Part shown: in pieces, positions 54,644 to 63,021 of the stretch
Layout of the letters: every line of letters begins with the position of its first letter
How positions within the stretch are numbered: position 1 is the first letter of the stretch
IMG/VR virus record: IMGVR_UViG_3300046171_000231
Location: 62,001-126,000 of that record
Direction: 5' to 3' (one strand)
DNA: 64,000 nt
Translations under genes and position numbers: made by a program
Notes under the pieces: generated by a model
Told to the model about the DNA's origin: nothing
Database searches by the model: none
What the model saw: the letters and a program-made list of their open reading frames with translations, nothing else

Positions 54644-54657
54644 GTTCTATGTAATGG

Positions 54658-54691
54658 TATTTATTGTAACACAAGGTTGAGATCGTGTCAA
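54658..54691 (-). promoter_or_regulatory. composite sigma70 plus late promoter
   Basis: TTGACA-17-TACAAT overlapping ATAAATA. Confidence 0.75.
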
Positions 54692-54705
54692 GTGTGTTGA
54701 TTTCT

Positions 54706-55353
54706 TTACCTTTTGACCTTTGCCCAATCCATATCGAAGAGGTACAAACCCTTGTCTGTGAGAACGTGATTGTACATTTTCTCAAAGATAGATGGTGGCA
54801 TTGTGACTACATGAGCACCTGCACCAAATGAATCTGATACTGTTTTGACATCTCTTACAGATGCTGCAAGTATCTCTGTCTTTCTTATACCCTGTATTGT
54901 ATACACATCACTAATCTGGTCAATCAACTCAATACCATCAAATGAATTATCATCAACTCTACCTACAAATGGTGAGACATACTTTGCACCTGCCTTTGCA
55001 GCAAGTATTGCTTGTGCTGCTGAAAATATAAGAGTCACATTAACATTCACTAAATCTCTTGATAACCTCTTACATACTTTTAATCCGTCAGGAGTGCAAG
55101 GAACTTTGATAGTTGCGTTCTTTCCAAACTTACGAGAAAGACGAGTACCTTCAAGATACATTGCATCAAAGTCACCAACGACTTCCATACTGATATCATC
55201 AATACCCATATCAATCAATTGTTGGTATACTTCTTCTGGGTCTCGACCACTCTTCATAATCAGAGTTGGATTTGTTGTGATACCATCGATCAAATCAGTC
55301 TGAAAGTGTTTTTCTATCAATTCTGTATCAGCGGTATCCAAAAATAACTTCAT
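54706..55353 (-). CDS. talC: transaldolase (TalC/FSA family)
   Basis: MKLFLDTAD, GITTNPTL, TIKVP, NVTLIFS, YVSPFVGR, LAASVR. Confidence 0.95.
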   Translation of the reverse strand: MKLFLDTADTELIEKHFQTDLIDGITTNPTLIMKSGRDPEEVYQQLIDMGIDDISMEVVGDFDAMYLEGTRLSRKFGKNATIKVPCTPDGLKVCKRLSRDLVNVNVTLIFSAAQAILAAKAGAKYVSPFVGRVDDNSFDGIELIDQISDVYTIQGIRKTEILAASVRDVKTVSDSFGAGAHVVTMPPSIFEKMYNHVLTDKGLYLFDMDWAKVKR

Positions 55354-55455
55354 AGTGTCTCATAACTGTACATACAGTATAACACATATTTTTAGTTTGC
55401 AAACCATAAGTTTTAGTTTGCTAAATAAAGCTACATCAAATAGGTAGAATTACCA

Positions 55456-56007
55456 ATGAAAAAACTATTACCTATATTATTATTGTTTGGATTTGGCACT
55501 GCAGTTAATGCTGGTGGAATGACAACTCGACATCAAACTAGTCTTCAACAAGTTCAGACACCAACTATAACACAGTCCCAGAGAACTGGTAATTCATATT
55601 CAGTTTCTGGAAACAATGTGAGTACATCATACACATATTGTTCTGCTGATTGTAGTGGAACTCCAACAAACACTACCGTAACAGGTGGAGTTGCAAGGAT
55701 TAGTTATACTTCAACTGGTGCAACAACTATGACCGATATCAGTGCAGCTCAAGGTGTAGTTAATACAGGAACAACTAGTAGTCCAGTCTATCAGTCCACT
55801 GGTACTTTTAGTTTTGCAAATTCTTACACTCAAGGAGATGCGACAGATTCAACAGGAACTAACACGACAGTAACAGCAGGTGCAACAGGTGCTTCAGCAG
55901 CACCAGGTACAGTTACCAGTGGTCACACAGTAACTCTTGCTGGAAGTCAAACTTCTGGAACAACAGTAACTGGTCAGTTCATATCTGAAGTTACCGTGTT
56001 CAATTAA
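55456..56007 (+). CDS. secreted beta-rich protein
   Basis: Signal peptide MKKLLPILLLFGFGTAVNA, Thr/Ser-rich. CTAAATA late-type promoter at 55421. Confidence 0.7.
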   Translation: MKKLLPILLLFGFGTAVNAGGMTTRHQTSLQQVQTPTITQSQRTGNSYSVSGNNVSTSYTYCSADCSGTPTNTTVTGGVARISYTSTGATTMTDISAAQGVVNTGTTSSPVYQSTGTFSFANSYTQGDATDSTGTNTTVTAGATGASAAPGTVTSGHTVTLAGSQTSGTTVTGQFISEVTVFN

Positions 56008-56022
56008 CATTTTTGTGCTATA

Positions 56023-56466
56023 ATGAAAAGATATAGTTTACTATTACTTCTTTTTAGCACAATACCTTCGGTATACGCTGTGCCCGTGGTCCCTAATTTT
56101 ACGCAGGGCTCGATGACCTCGAACACTACGACAAGCACAACGGTGACTGAAACGATCAATAGTATGGACTACAATACTGGTTGGCAGTATTCAGTAACGG
56201 GAACAAACGTAACTGCAGATGGTTCATTATCACCTACAGGTGCTGGTTCAGTAACAAGCACGAATGTAACATTAGATGGAGTGACTTCGCAATGGAACGG
56301 TTTGAATTTAGAAAACAGACCTCAATTTACACAAACAAACAACGGGGTAGGAAGTTTCCAATTCACGGAAACATATCATGGCCCAGGCTTGTCAAATCAC
56401 ACAATAATACAAAGAACAACAACAATAAATTCAGTCACAGACACAACTTCAACCTTCACACAATAA
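56023..56466 (+). CDS. secreted beta-rich protein
   Basis: Signal peptide, VPVVPNFTQGSMTS...FQFTETYHGPGLSN. Confidence 0.7.
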   Translation: MKRYSLLLLLFSTIPSVYAVPVVPNFTQGSMTSNTTTSTTVTETINSMDYNTGWQYSVTGTNVTADGSLSPTGAGSVTSTNVTLDGVTSQWNGLNLENRPQFTQTNNGVGSFQFTETYHGPGLSNHTIIQRTTTINSVTDTTSTFTQ

Positions 56467-57170
56467 CGAGGAAATTATGTTTATTACTTGCTACAACTGC
56501 GGTTTCAGTCCCTGCATATGCAGAAGTGGGGGGTATAAGTGCCACAGCAAATCCAATCGCAAATAGTTCTGGCTCAGTTACCAATCAAGCTATACAAGTT
56601 TTACAAGGACCGTATATAACTAACACATATGGTAATGGCATACAGTGTCAAAGTGCTACCATGAACATTACTCCATACTTAACAGGAACAGGAAATTTTA
56701 AGCGTCCATTTGAGCACACATATCAAGATCCAGTATATGATATGTCAGATTTAAATGATGATGGAGTATTAGACAATCCAGGTCAAATTTTATATTATGT
56801 TCCAACAAGAACAGGACAACAAGAAGTTTATAATATATCAGGTGGTCTATCAGCAACTTGGTCAAGACCATTGGATAAAGAAGCAAGAGAGAAGTGTATG
56901 GAGGCAGCAGCAACACAAATATCATATCAACAACAGATAACTGCGAATAAGAGATTAGACTTTGAACTAGCCAGACTTAAAAATTGTGGAGAACTAATGA
57001 AAGCTGGAGTTATGTTTCATCCAAAGTCACCATATCATGCTGTATGTGCTGATGTAGTATTGGTAAATCCACCAGGTGTTGTAGAACAACATACACACGA
57101 AATATCAACAAAACCACCAATCAGTAATGACGCAGGTGTTTTAAAAGAAATATCTATAGGTAATAATTAA
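56463..57170 (+). CDS. secreted/envelope protein (start uncertain)
   Basis: Signal-like TRKLCLLLATTAVSVPAYA, ANSSGSVTNQAIQV...RLDFELARLKNCG. The ORF-track start at 56181 lies inside the previous gene. Confidence 0.65.
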   Translation: MTRKLCLLLATTAVSVPAYAEVGGISATANPIANSSGSVTNQAIQVLQGPYITNTYGNGIQCQSATMNITPYLTGTGNFKRPFEHTYQDPVYDMSDLNDDGVLDNPGQILYYVPTRTGQQEVYNISGGLSATWSRPLDKEAREKCMEAAATQISYQQQITANKRLDFELARLKNCGELMKAGVMFHPKSPYHAVCADVVLVNPPGVVEQHTHEISTKPPISNDAGVLKEISIGNN

Positions 57171-57940
57171 TTCTTTTTCTTAATTGGGGGAAGTCCTTTC
57201 TTTTCACGATACTTATTTGTTTTAATTTCTGATAGAGAAGGTCTACTAATTTTCTTACCTAATTTTTTCTTGATAGTATCTGTAATCTTTTTAATTATAG
57301 GTTTGACTATTCTCAATATTAATGGTGTTGCAGCAGCACCTGCAGTTGCAATTACTGCGACTGCGAGTGTTGTAGATGCTTGATTTGCAGAGGGAAGGAA
57401 TTTTTCGGCTGCAGTAGTTGGTTCATATAAGGTTATACAGGTTTTTCCATCAGCACTCAATTCGTGACCAATGACCTTTTCATCACCTGCTTGTGTTAAG
57501 TCACCAACTCTTAATTGACCAGGACCAGGACAAGGCACTTCTTCTTCACCACCTAAATCTCCTGTAGGTGGAACTTCTGGTGGGTCAACATCTGGTGGTG
57601 GTGGAACAACTGGAACTGGTGCTTCTCTTGTAATTATTAACTGCTCTGGTTCATAATTCATTGCGTCATATGATGGTATAGTTGCATCACAGACTATCAT
57701 TGCACGATCAGGATCTTGATCTACAAGATTTTTATCTTTCGGCAAACCAGATACATGCATTCGATTATCTTGGTGTGCTTTCACACAACCAGGCATATTA
57801 ATTATTGGATTACCTATATTCAATACCACAGGTGGAACTAAATGATCTACACTACGTTCTACATTCTGCCAATTTGGTACAAAAACATTAGGTATTCTAA
57901 TATTATTATTATAAATTGGTTGTATGTGAGGTATTGTCAC
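57167..57940 (-). CDS. proline-rich membrane-anchored protein
   Basis: Cys pairs, PPPPDVDPPEVPP, C-terminal TM helix and basic tail. Confidence 0.65.
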   Translation of the reverse strand: MTIPHIQPIYNNNIRIPNVFVPNWQNVERSVDHLVPPVVLNIGNPIINMPGCVKAHQDNRMHVSGLPKDKNLVDQDPDRAMIVCDATIPSYDAMNYEPEQLIITREAPVPVVPPPPDVDPPEVPPTGDLGGEEEVPCPGPGQLRVGDLTQAGDEKVIGHELSADGKTCITLYEPTTAAEKFLPSANQASTTLAVAVIATAGAAATPLILRIVKPIIKKITDTIKKKLGKKISRPSLSEIKTNKYREKKGLPPIKKKN

Positions 57941-58137
57941 TTAATAACACCACCAGATTGTTTAGGCATCACAACTTTTATCTGTTTGTAAACCTCCTCA
58001 ACAATAGTATCTTTAATAAACTTTCTATTTTCATTAAATCTTTTTTCTGCATTTAACCATACATATGAAGTAGCAACAATAACAAGACCATTAAGTAATA
58101 AAGATACACCTATTCCAATTTTAATAAAGATTTTCAT
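57937..58137 (-). CDS. small membrane protein
   Basis: N-terminal TM helix, ATGA overlaps. Confidence 0.6.
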   Translation of the reverse strand: MKIFIKIGIGVSLLLNGLVIVATSYVWLNAEKRFNENRKFIKDTIVEEVYKQIKVVMPKQSGGVIK

Positions 58138-58397
58138 TTTTTAGTTACATTTTCAATAAGATACTTTTGATTTTCTCCTGCCTTTTCCATTGAATATAAA
58201 GCAAAAGATTTAGTCATTGCTAGTGCTAATAAATGATGAATATTTTTACCATCGTCATCAGTTAATTCATTACCCATAGTTGCAACAACTCCTACAATCA
58301 ATCCTAGTTCTACTAGAACAACAAGGAAAATAAGTTTCATTGCCCATTTTCCTGTCTCAAAAAATCTTTTGATTTGGTCTCCAATAAATTTTTTCAC
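58134..58397 (-). CDS. membrane protein
   Basis: GTG start in a GTGA overlap, TM helix. Confidence 0.55.
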   Translation of the reverse strand: MKKFIGDQIKRFFETGKWAMKLIFLVVLVELGLIVGVVATMGNELTDDDGKNIHHLLALAMTKSFALYSMEKAGENQKYLIENVTKK

Positions 58398-58567
58398 AGT
58401 AGTATAGCTCCTATGATAAATCCTTTTGCAAATGTAATACAAAGCATTTGATAATCAGTCAAGTTGAACTTTTCCTGTATCCACTTTGTTTTTTTCTTAT
58501 CCCACTCTTTCAAATGATATAAACGATGAACTATTGGATTCATCTTTTCGTGATCGTTGCAAGACAT
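58394..58567 (-). CDS. 57-aa conserved cyanobacterial/cyanophage-type membrane protein
   Basis: KEWDKK...IQEKFNLTDYQMLCITFAKGFIIGAILL. Confidence 0.65.
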   Translation of the reverse strand: MSCNDHEKMNPIVHRLYHLKEWDKKKTKWIQEKFNLTDYQMLCITFAKGFIIGAILL

Positions 58568-58571
58568 TTTT

Positions 58572-59039
58572 TTAACCCTCGTTTAGTGTACCGAATGACC
58601 TACGAATCTCACGTAGTGCTTCAAGATTCATATCCTTTGTTCCTCCATCATAAGCATGTGCATACCCTTCAGTAATCATCTGCTCGTTAAGAGAAACTGT
58701 TTCTTCATTTATATATAACCATCCAAGAAGACGACCATACTTACCAGTACCACCGACAAGTTCAGTTCTAACAGTGAGTTCATCACCATCACCTGCAATA
58801 GTATCTTCTAATTTTTTCTTTAACCAGTTAGTAGCATCTATTCCTAATGCCTTCTCTTCTAAATTTCTAGTCCTCTTCTCTGGGGTGTCCACTCCAGCAA
58901 TTCTTACTCGTTCTTTTTTGAATAAATCGAATCCAAGATCTATAGTGACATCTATCGTATCTCCGTCGAGTACTCTATCAATTGATACGACTCTAAAGTT
59001 GTAGCAACTCTTCCGACTTGGTGGAACCATTGCTCCCAT
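58572..59039 (-). CDS. thermonuclease (SNase-like) family protein
   Basis: RVLDGDTID...RVRIAGVDTPE...GKYGRLLG...LNEQMITEGYA. Confidence 0.85.
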   Translation of the reverse strand: MGAMVPPSRKSCYNFRVVSIDRVLDGDTIDVTIDLGFDLFKKERVRIAGVDTPEKRTRNLEEKALGIDATNWLKKKLEDTIAGDGDELTVRTELVGGTGKYGRLLGWLYINEETVSLNEQMITEGYAHAYDGGTKDMNLEALREIRRSFGTLNEG

Positions 59040-59364
59040 TTTCTTGCTCCCAAAAATTATCTAGTGCATTATTTATAGCATCACCAGGTTTTGTTGCAGT
59101 TTGCTCAATTCTACCTTTATTCATATTTCTTTGAAACATCATTTGCATTTGATGCCAGTGCATTGGTTCGTAGATATCAATCTCTCCTTTTAATTCTTCT
59201 CTTGGTATAAGTGGTCTTGGTACAAGTATTAAATCTCTTTCATCAGGACAATTAGCAGGTGAACCATCTAAAGGAAGACTACAAGCATGTGCAGGTGGGT
59301 CAGTTATAGGTGCTGTACCACACATCGTTAAAAAGAATATTGGAATTATTGCTAACTTATTCAT
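58993..59364 (-). CDS. putative lipoprotein/exported protein
   Basis: MNKLAIIPIFFLTMCG N-terminus. Confidence 0.5.
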   Translation of the reverse strand: MNKLAIIPIFFLTMCGTAPITDPPAHACSLPLDGSPANCPDERDLILVPRPLIPREELKGEIDIYEPMHWHQMQMMFQRNMNKGRIEQTATKPGDAINNALDNFWEQENGSNGSTKSEELLQL

Positions 59365-59473
59365 TTGGAAAGAAATGGTCGTATCTAATTATGTAGTATA
59401 TCATTATTGTAACACATACTAATAATATTGCAACCATTATAACAATCGACCAAGTAACCGTTTGAGCTGCCAT
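59357..59473 (-). CDS. 38-aa single-TM protein
   Basis: MAAQTVTWSIVIMVAILLVCVTIMIYYIIRYD. Confidence 0.6.
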   Translation of the reverse strand: MAAQTVTWSIVIMVAILLVCVTIMIYYIIRYDHFFPNE

Positions 59474-59534
59474 AGTTTAATTCCTCCACCATTTTCGTTT
59501 GCGTCTTCAGGTAAAATTTCTTTGAACCGATGCA

Positions 59535-59780
59535 TTAGATACCTTGGTCTTTATATCGAGAGTAAAACTCTTTTAATGATGATTGACATTGACCTTTGTT
59601 TTCGGTATCTGGGTCTTCATATCCTTTAATTCTTTTCCATTCATTATGTAATGCACCTAATAACCACGCTTGAGAAAGACTATGGGGTCCGTTCTCTAAT
59701 AGTTCAAGATGTCGTTTGTTATTACAAAAGTTTTTAGCGTAGTCCTCTCTCCAATTTGAATCGTCATATGTCTTTTCCAT
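59535..59780 (-). CDS. conserved cyanophage hypothetical protein
   Basis: DSNWREDY...ELLENGPHSLSQAWLLGALHNEW. Confidence 0.65.
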   Translation of the reverse strand: MEKTYDDSNWREDYAKNFCNNKRHLELLENGPHSLSQAWLLGALHNEWKRIKGYEDPDTENKGQCQSSLKEFYSRYKDQGI

Positions 59781-60046
59781 TATAGTCCTTCGCTCCAAAA
59801 GTTATCTACAGGGGTGATATTTCTTGCAACAAAATATAAACCAAGATTAGTTAAAAACCAGAAGGCATTTATAATCCAAGTGTTTCTCCAAAGATACTTT
59901 CGATTGTATTCTACAATATAGATATTTCTTTCATTATCACCTTTCTTAACTATCTGCTCTAATATTAATGCAACTACAAAACCGATTGCGTAGATGTAAA
60001 AGATAAAATTTAGAAAGCTAGATGAAAGTAGTAAAAGAGAAATCAT
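59780..60046 (-). CDS. membrane protein
   Basis: Two TM segments. Confidence 0.6.
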   Translation of the reverse strand: MISLLLLSSSFLNFIFYIYAIGFVVALILEQIVKKGDNERNIYIVEYNRKYLWRNTWIINAFWFLTNLGLYFVARNITPVDNFWSEGL

Positions 60047-60081
60047 TAAATTGTTACGAGGTCATAATATTTATTATATCA

Positions 60082-60582
60082 TCAAACCATAGACATTGCA
60101 AGTTGCAATTCTCTTGCGTGTTTCAATTCATCCTCTGCTATCTCTGCAATTTTTGTATCCTCTGGATGATATGCAGAGTATTTCACATAAGTTTCATATG
60201 CATGTTTCTCAATCTTCATATTGATATCGTACGCATCTACTGGACTAGCGAAGTAGTAAGCAACCATAATCCAATAGTAAAGAAGAACCAAGTGTTTAGC
60301 GAAGAATCTATCGATCCAATACTCATTACCTCCACGAGTTTCCATCTCTTCCAAGTGTTCTGTTTCATTTAATGCCTGATAGAAGTGTTCTTTCATCAAG
60401 TATATATGATCCTCTCCTCGAAGTCCAAGACTTTCACGGAAATGTAATACACTGATAAATGAGAAGTATGGTGCCCTTGCAATTACTTCAAGAACCCAGA
60501 ATCTTTGGAAGTCTCTACCTCGATAGAGAAAATCCAAGATGTAGATTGTAAGGTCTAAAACCGATGTGTTAAATTTTTTCAT
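60082..60582 (-). CDS. ptox: plastoquinol terminal oxidase
   Basis: RFWVLEVIARAPYF, ETEH, EKHAYETY, DELKH di-iron motifs. Start MKKFN at an ATGA overlap. Confidence 0.92.
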   Translation of the reverse strand: MKKFNTSVLDLTIYILDFLYRGRDFQRFWVLEVIARAPYFSFISVLHFRESLGLRGEDHIYLMKEHFYQALNETEHLEEMETRGGNEYWIDRFFAKHLVLLYYWIMVAYYFASPVDAYDINMKIEKHAYETYVKYSAYHPEDTKIAEIAEDELKHARELQLAMSMV

Positions 60583-60683
60583 ACAAGTATGGGGTGTGCC
60601 CAAGCATAGTTTGGATAGAACCATAGTGCGGTTCCAATAGTCGCAAAAATTACTAACGTTGCTCTTATAGGTAGATTTTTCAT
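60579..60683 (-). CDS. 34-aa membrane micro-protein coupled to ptox
   Basis: MKNLPIRATLVIFATIGTALWFYPNYAWAHPILV. Confidence 0.55.
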   Translation of the reverse strand: MKNLPIRATLVIFATIGTALWFYPNYAWAHPILV

Positions 60684-60841
60684 TTTATCTCCGTAATTTT
60701 ATTCAAAGAAAAAGGATGCTCGTGTAGATACGGAACATCCTCTCTTGCGTGTTTTACTGCTTCAAAAGCGTCTGTGGCATATTCGCCTATTTCGTGATAC
60801 TCATTTAGCTGGTCGTGCCAACCAAGTGTGTAGTGGGACAT
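60680..60841 (-). CDS. 53-aa conserved hypothetical protein
   Basis: MSHYTLGWHD...EYATDAFEAVKHAREDVPYLHEHP, GGAG RBS. Confidence 0.7.
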   Translation of the reverse strand: MSHYTLGWHDQLNEYHEIGEYATDAFEAVKHAREDVPYLHEHPFSLNKITEIK

Positions 60842-60922
60842 GATAGTTTCAACTCCAGTACGTTATTATTTAGTATAGCAACTAGGTATAAATACGCATT
60901 GATGTGTGGACTCCCACACCTA

Positions 60923-61096
60923 TCAGACTCTTTTTCTTTTTATCTTAATAATTGACATACCTACCATTAAACCTACAACCATACCTAGAGTTGCGACTGC
61001 AACACTTGTGCTGAATACTAATTCAGTTGGAACTAATGGTTGTGATTCCCAAGTGCCTGGTAGTGTATACACTGATGGGTTTGACGCAAAAATCAT
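60923..61096 (-). CDS. 57-aa membrane protein
   Basis: NPSVYTLPGTWESQ followed by a TM helix and basic tail. TG-TATAAT promoter upstream. Confidence 0.6.
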   Translation of the reverse strand: MIFASNPSVYTLPGTWESQPLVPTELVFSTSVAVATLGMVVGLMVGMSIIKIKRKRV

Positions 61097-61155
61097 TTTT
61101 CTTTTCTTTTCTCTATGTATATTATAGCACTAAAAAATATCTTGACAACTATATC

Positions 61156-61695
61156 TTACTTAATAATATCTTCTAGTTTAAATAATGAAACAAATTCAAT
61201 TTCATTATTATCCCATACTTTATGGTCTTCCTGTCTATCAACGATTGCAACGACACGATTTACGATATAACCTGATTCTCTTAAAACATTTACTGCTTTA
61301 ATTGCACTACTACCTGTAGTGGTCACATCTTCTAATACTGTAACGATTGACCCCTTTGGTGGTTTATTACCTTCAATGACTTCTTTTGTTCCATATCCTT
61401 TTGGATTCTTTCTTACAATCAGTGCATCAATATGTTTACCAGAGTAGTATGCTTTCTGTGCAATACCACATACTAATGGGTCAGCACCGAGTGTAAGTCC
61501 ACCAACTGCTACAGATTCATTCTCAACGTGCTCTATCATTAAATGTGAGCATAGTGCATTTCCTTCACAAGACAAAGTAACAGGTTTACAATTAATATAA
61601 TGATCTGATTCTTTACCAGATGACAAAGTAAATTTACCGTTCTTATATGCTCTTTCTTTCAAGAGATTGAGTAATGTTTTTCTATGATTTTCCAT
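61156..61695 (-). CDS. pyrE: orotate phosphoribosyltransferase
   Basis: FTLSSGKES.HY, VRKNPKGYG, VLEDVTTTGSS. Confidence 0.93.
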   Translation of the reverse strand: MENHRKTLLNLLKERAYKNGKFTLSSGKESDHYINCKPVTLSCEGNALCSHLMIEHVENESVAVGGLTLGADPLVCGIAQKAYYSGKHIDALIVRKNPKGYGTKEVIEGNKPPKGSIVTVLEDVTTTGSSAIKAVNVLRESGYIVNRVVAIVDRQEDHKVWDNNEIEFVSLFKLEDIIK

Positions 61696-61701
61696 AGTCT
61701 T

Positions 61702-61730
61702 ATTCTATCAGAAAAAAATTATTTTTGCAA
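61702..61730 (-). promoter_or_regulatory. sigma70-type promoter of pyrE
   Basis: TTGCAA-17-TAGAAT, ending 6 nt before the ATG. Confidence 0.6.
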
Positions 61731-62285
61731 CTAACAGTTTTTATTTAAGTCTTCTGCCATACCACCACCTATTTCTGCACCTTGATTACCACTAAACATT
61801 GTTACCCAACCAGCAGCAACCCAACCAATAATGGGAATATTAGCAACGCTAGGAGCAACACTAGCACCAACGCTGGAACCCACGAGTCTTCCTGTGTTTT
61901 CTGCTCCTCCGATTGCTTTGATGCAAGCTTCTGATTTTTTATTTCCTTCTGTGACTGTGATTGGTTTATTGTGTACTGCACCGTCCATCGTGTATTGCTC
62001 AACGACTTTAACTTTGTTGTTAGCCAATCCAAGAAAGCCACCCTTCGTATTGCTATCCCTTTCCACACGCATCACTTTTGGATCGTTTGCTTTATAACTT
62101 ATCTTATATCCATTATGTCCAACTTCTGCTTCATATGATGTATAAGGACCAACTGGTAAGTTGATACTTGGTAATTTACTTTGACGATTTGATAAAGAAC
62201 CTATCATACCAATGTGAGATAATCCAATAAGTCCACCTAATCCCAAGGCGAACCATCTACCCCATTTCACTTCTTTCTTTTCCAT
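61731..62285 (-). CDS. glycine-zipper membrane protein
   Basis: N-terminal TM helix, GRLVGSSVGAS...IPIIGWVAAG...GAEIGG. Confidence 0.65.
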   Translation of the reverse strand: MEKKEVKWGRWFALGLGGLIGLSHIGMIGSLSNRQSKLPSINLPVGPYTSYEAEVGHNGYKISYKANDPKVMRVERDSNTKGGFLGLANNKVKVVEQYTMDGAVHNKPITVTEGNKKSEACIKAIGGAENTGRLVGSSVGASVAPSVANIPIIGWVAAGWVTMFSGNQGAEIGGGMAEDLNKNC

Positions 62286-62698
62286 TATTTTTTAGGTGGT
62301 ACTTGTGGTGCAAGAACCATAGGTGCTTGCTCAATTCTGATTGTTTGTGCTGGTGCTGTATTTGCTGCTTTCTCGATTAATATTTCCATATCTTTCTTTG
62401 ATATGTTTGCTCCCCCGCCACCAGATCCATCTTTCTTCTTACCTCCTGCTTGGACACCGAAGGTAGCTAAAGTTCCTGTAAAAATCGAAGCTATGAAAGT
62501 TGGATCAATTTTTTCTCCTTGCTCATATCCTGGTATTTTAACGTAGTTTAAAGTTAATATTCCTGCAGACCAAGTGAGCACTGCCAATCTAATAATTGTA
62601 GAGAGGAATGCCATTTGCTCGTCTTTATCATCTATTGTCTCTTTAAGTTTACCTAGAGGACCTTTAGGTTTTACTTCTTCTTTCTTTGCTTCAGCCAT
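62285..62698 (-). CDS. two-TM membrane protein
   Basis: LSTIIRLAVLTWSAGILTL...DPTFIASIFTGTLATFGV. Confidence 0.65.
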   Translation of the reverse strand: MAEAKKEEVKPKGPLGKLKETIDDKDEQMAFLSTIIRLAVLTWSAGILTLNYVKIPGYEQGEKIDPTFIASIFTGTLATFGVQAGGKKKDGSGGGGANISKKDMEILIEKAANTAPAQTIRIEQAPMVLAPQVPPKK

Positions 62699-62737
62699 GG
62701 GATCAATATGTCTATATTATATATAGACGCTTAATCC

Positions 62738-63001
62738 TTAGAAACCTAATGGTATTGGTGACATAGGTGATGCAGCAGGTGCGTCTGGTGTTGATGGTGA
62801 TGGTAAACCTAGACTACCTCCACCTAAACCACCAAGGTCTCCAAGACTACCAAGTTTATCGGTGACTGCTTCCATTACCTTGCCTTTGACGTTTTCGATA
62901 ATCGCATCCTTGCGTATGAATACGTAACCGCCAAGACCAACAACGGTGAGAGATATAACACCACTTGCAATAGCGATTCCATTTACTATCTTTTGTAACA
63001 T
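62738..63001 (-). CDS. single-TM protein with Gly/Pro tail
   Basis: MLQKIVNGIAIASGVISLTVVGLGGYVFI. Confidence 0.65.
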   Translation of the reverse strand: MLQKIVNGIAIASGVISLTVVGLGGYVFIRKDAIIENVKGKVMEAVTDKLGSLGDLGGLGGGSLGLPSPSTPDAPAASPMSPIPLGF

Positions 63002-63021
63002 AATTCTATTTACTCAACAAA

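Noticed and set aside
56181-56462. 94-aa N-terminal extension of the 329-aa plus-strand ORF
   Set aside because: It overlaps gene 56023..56466 in another frame and precedes a signal-peptide-like segment, so it is probably not translated from 56181.
60022-61127. Plus-strand ORFs 60022..60372 and 60906..61127
   Set aside because: They are antisense to ptox and to a better-supported 57-aa minus-strand gene.
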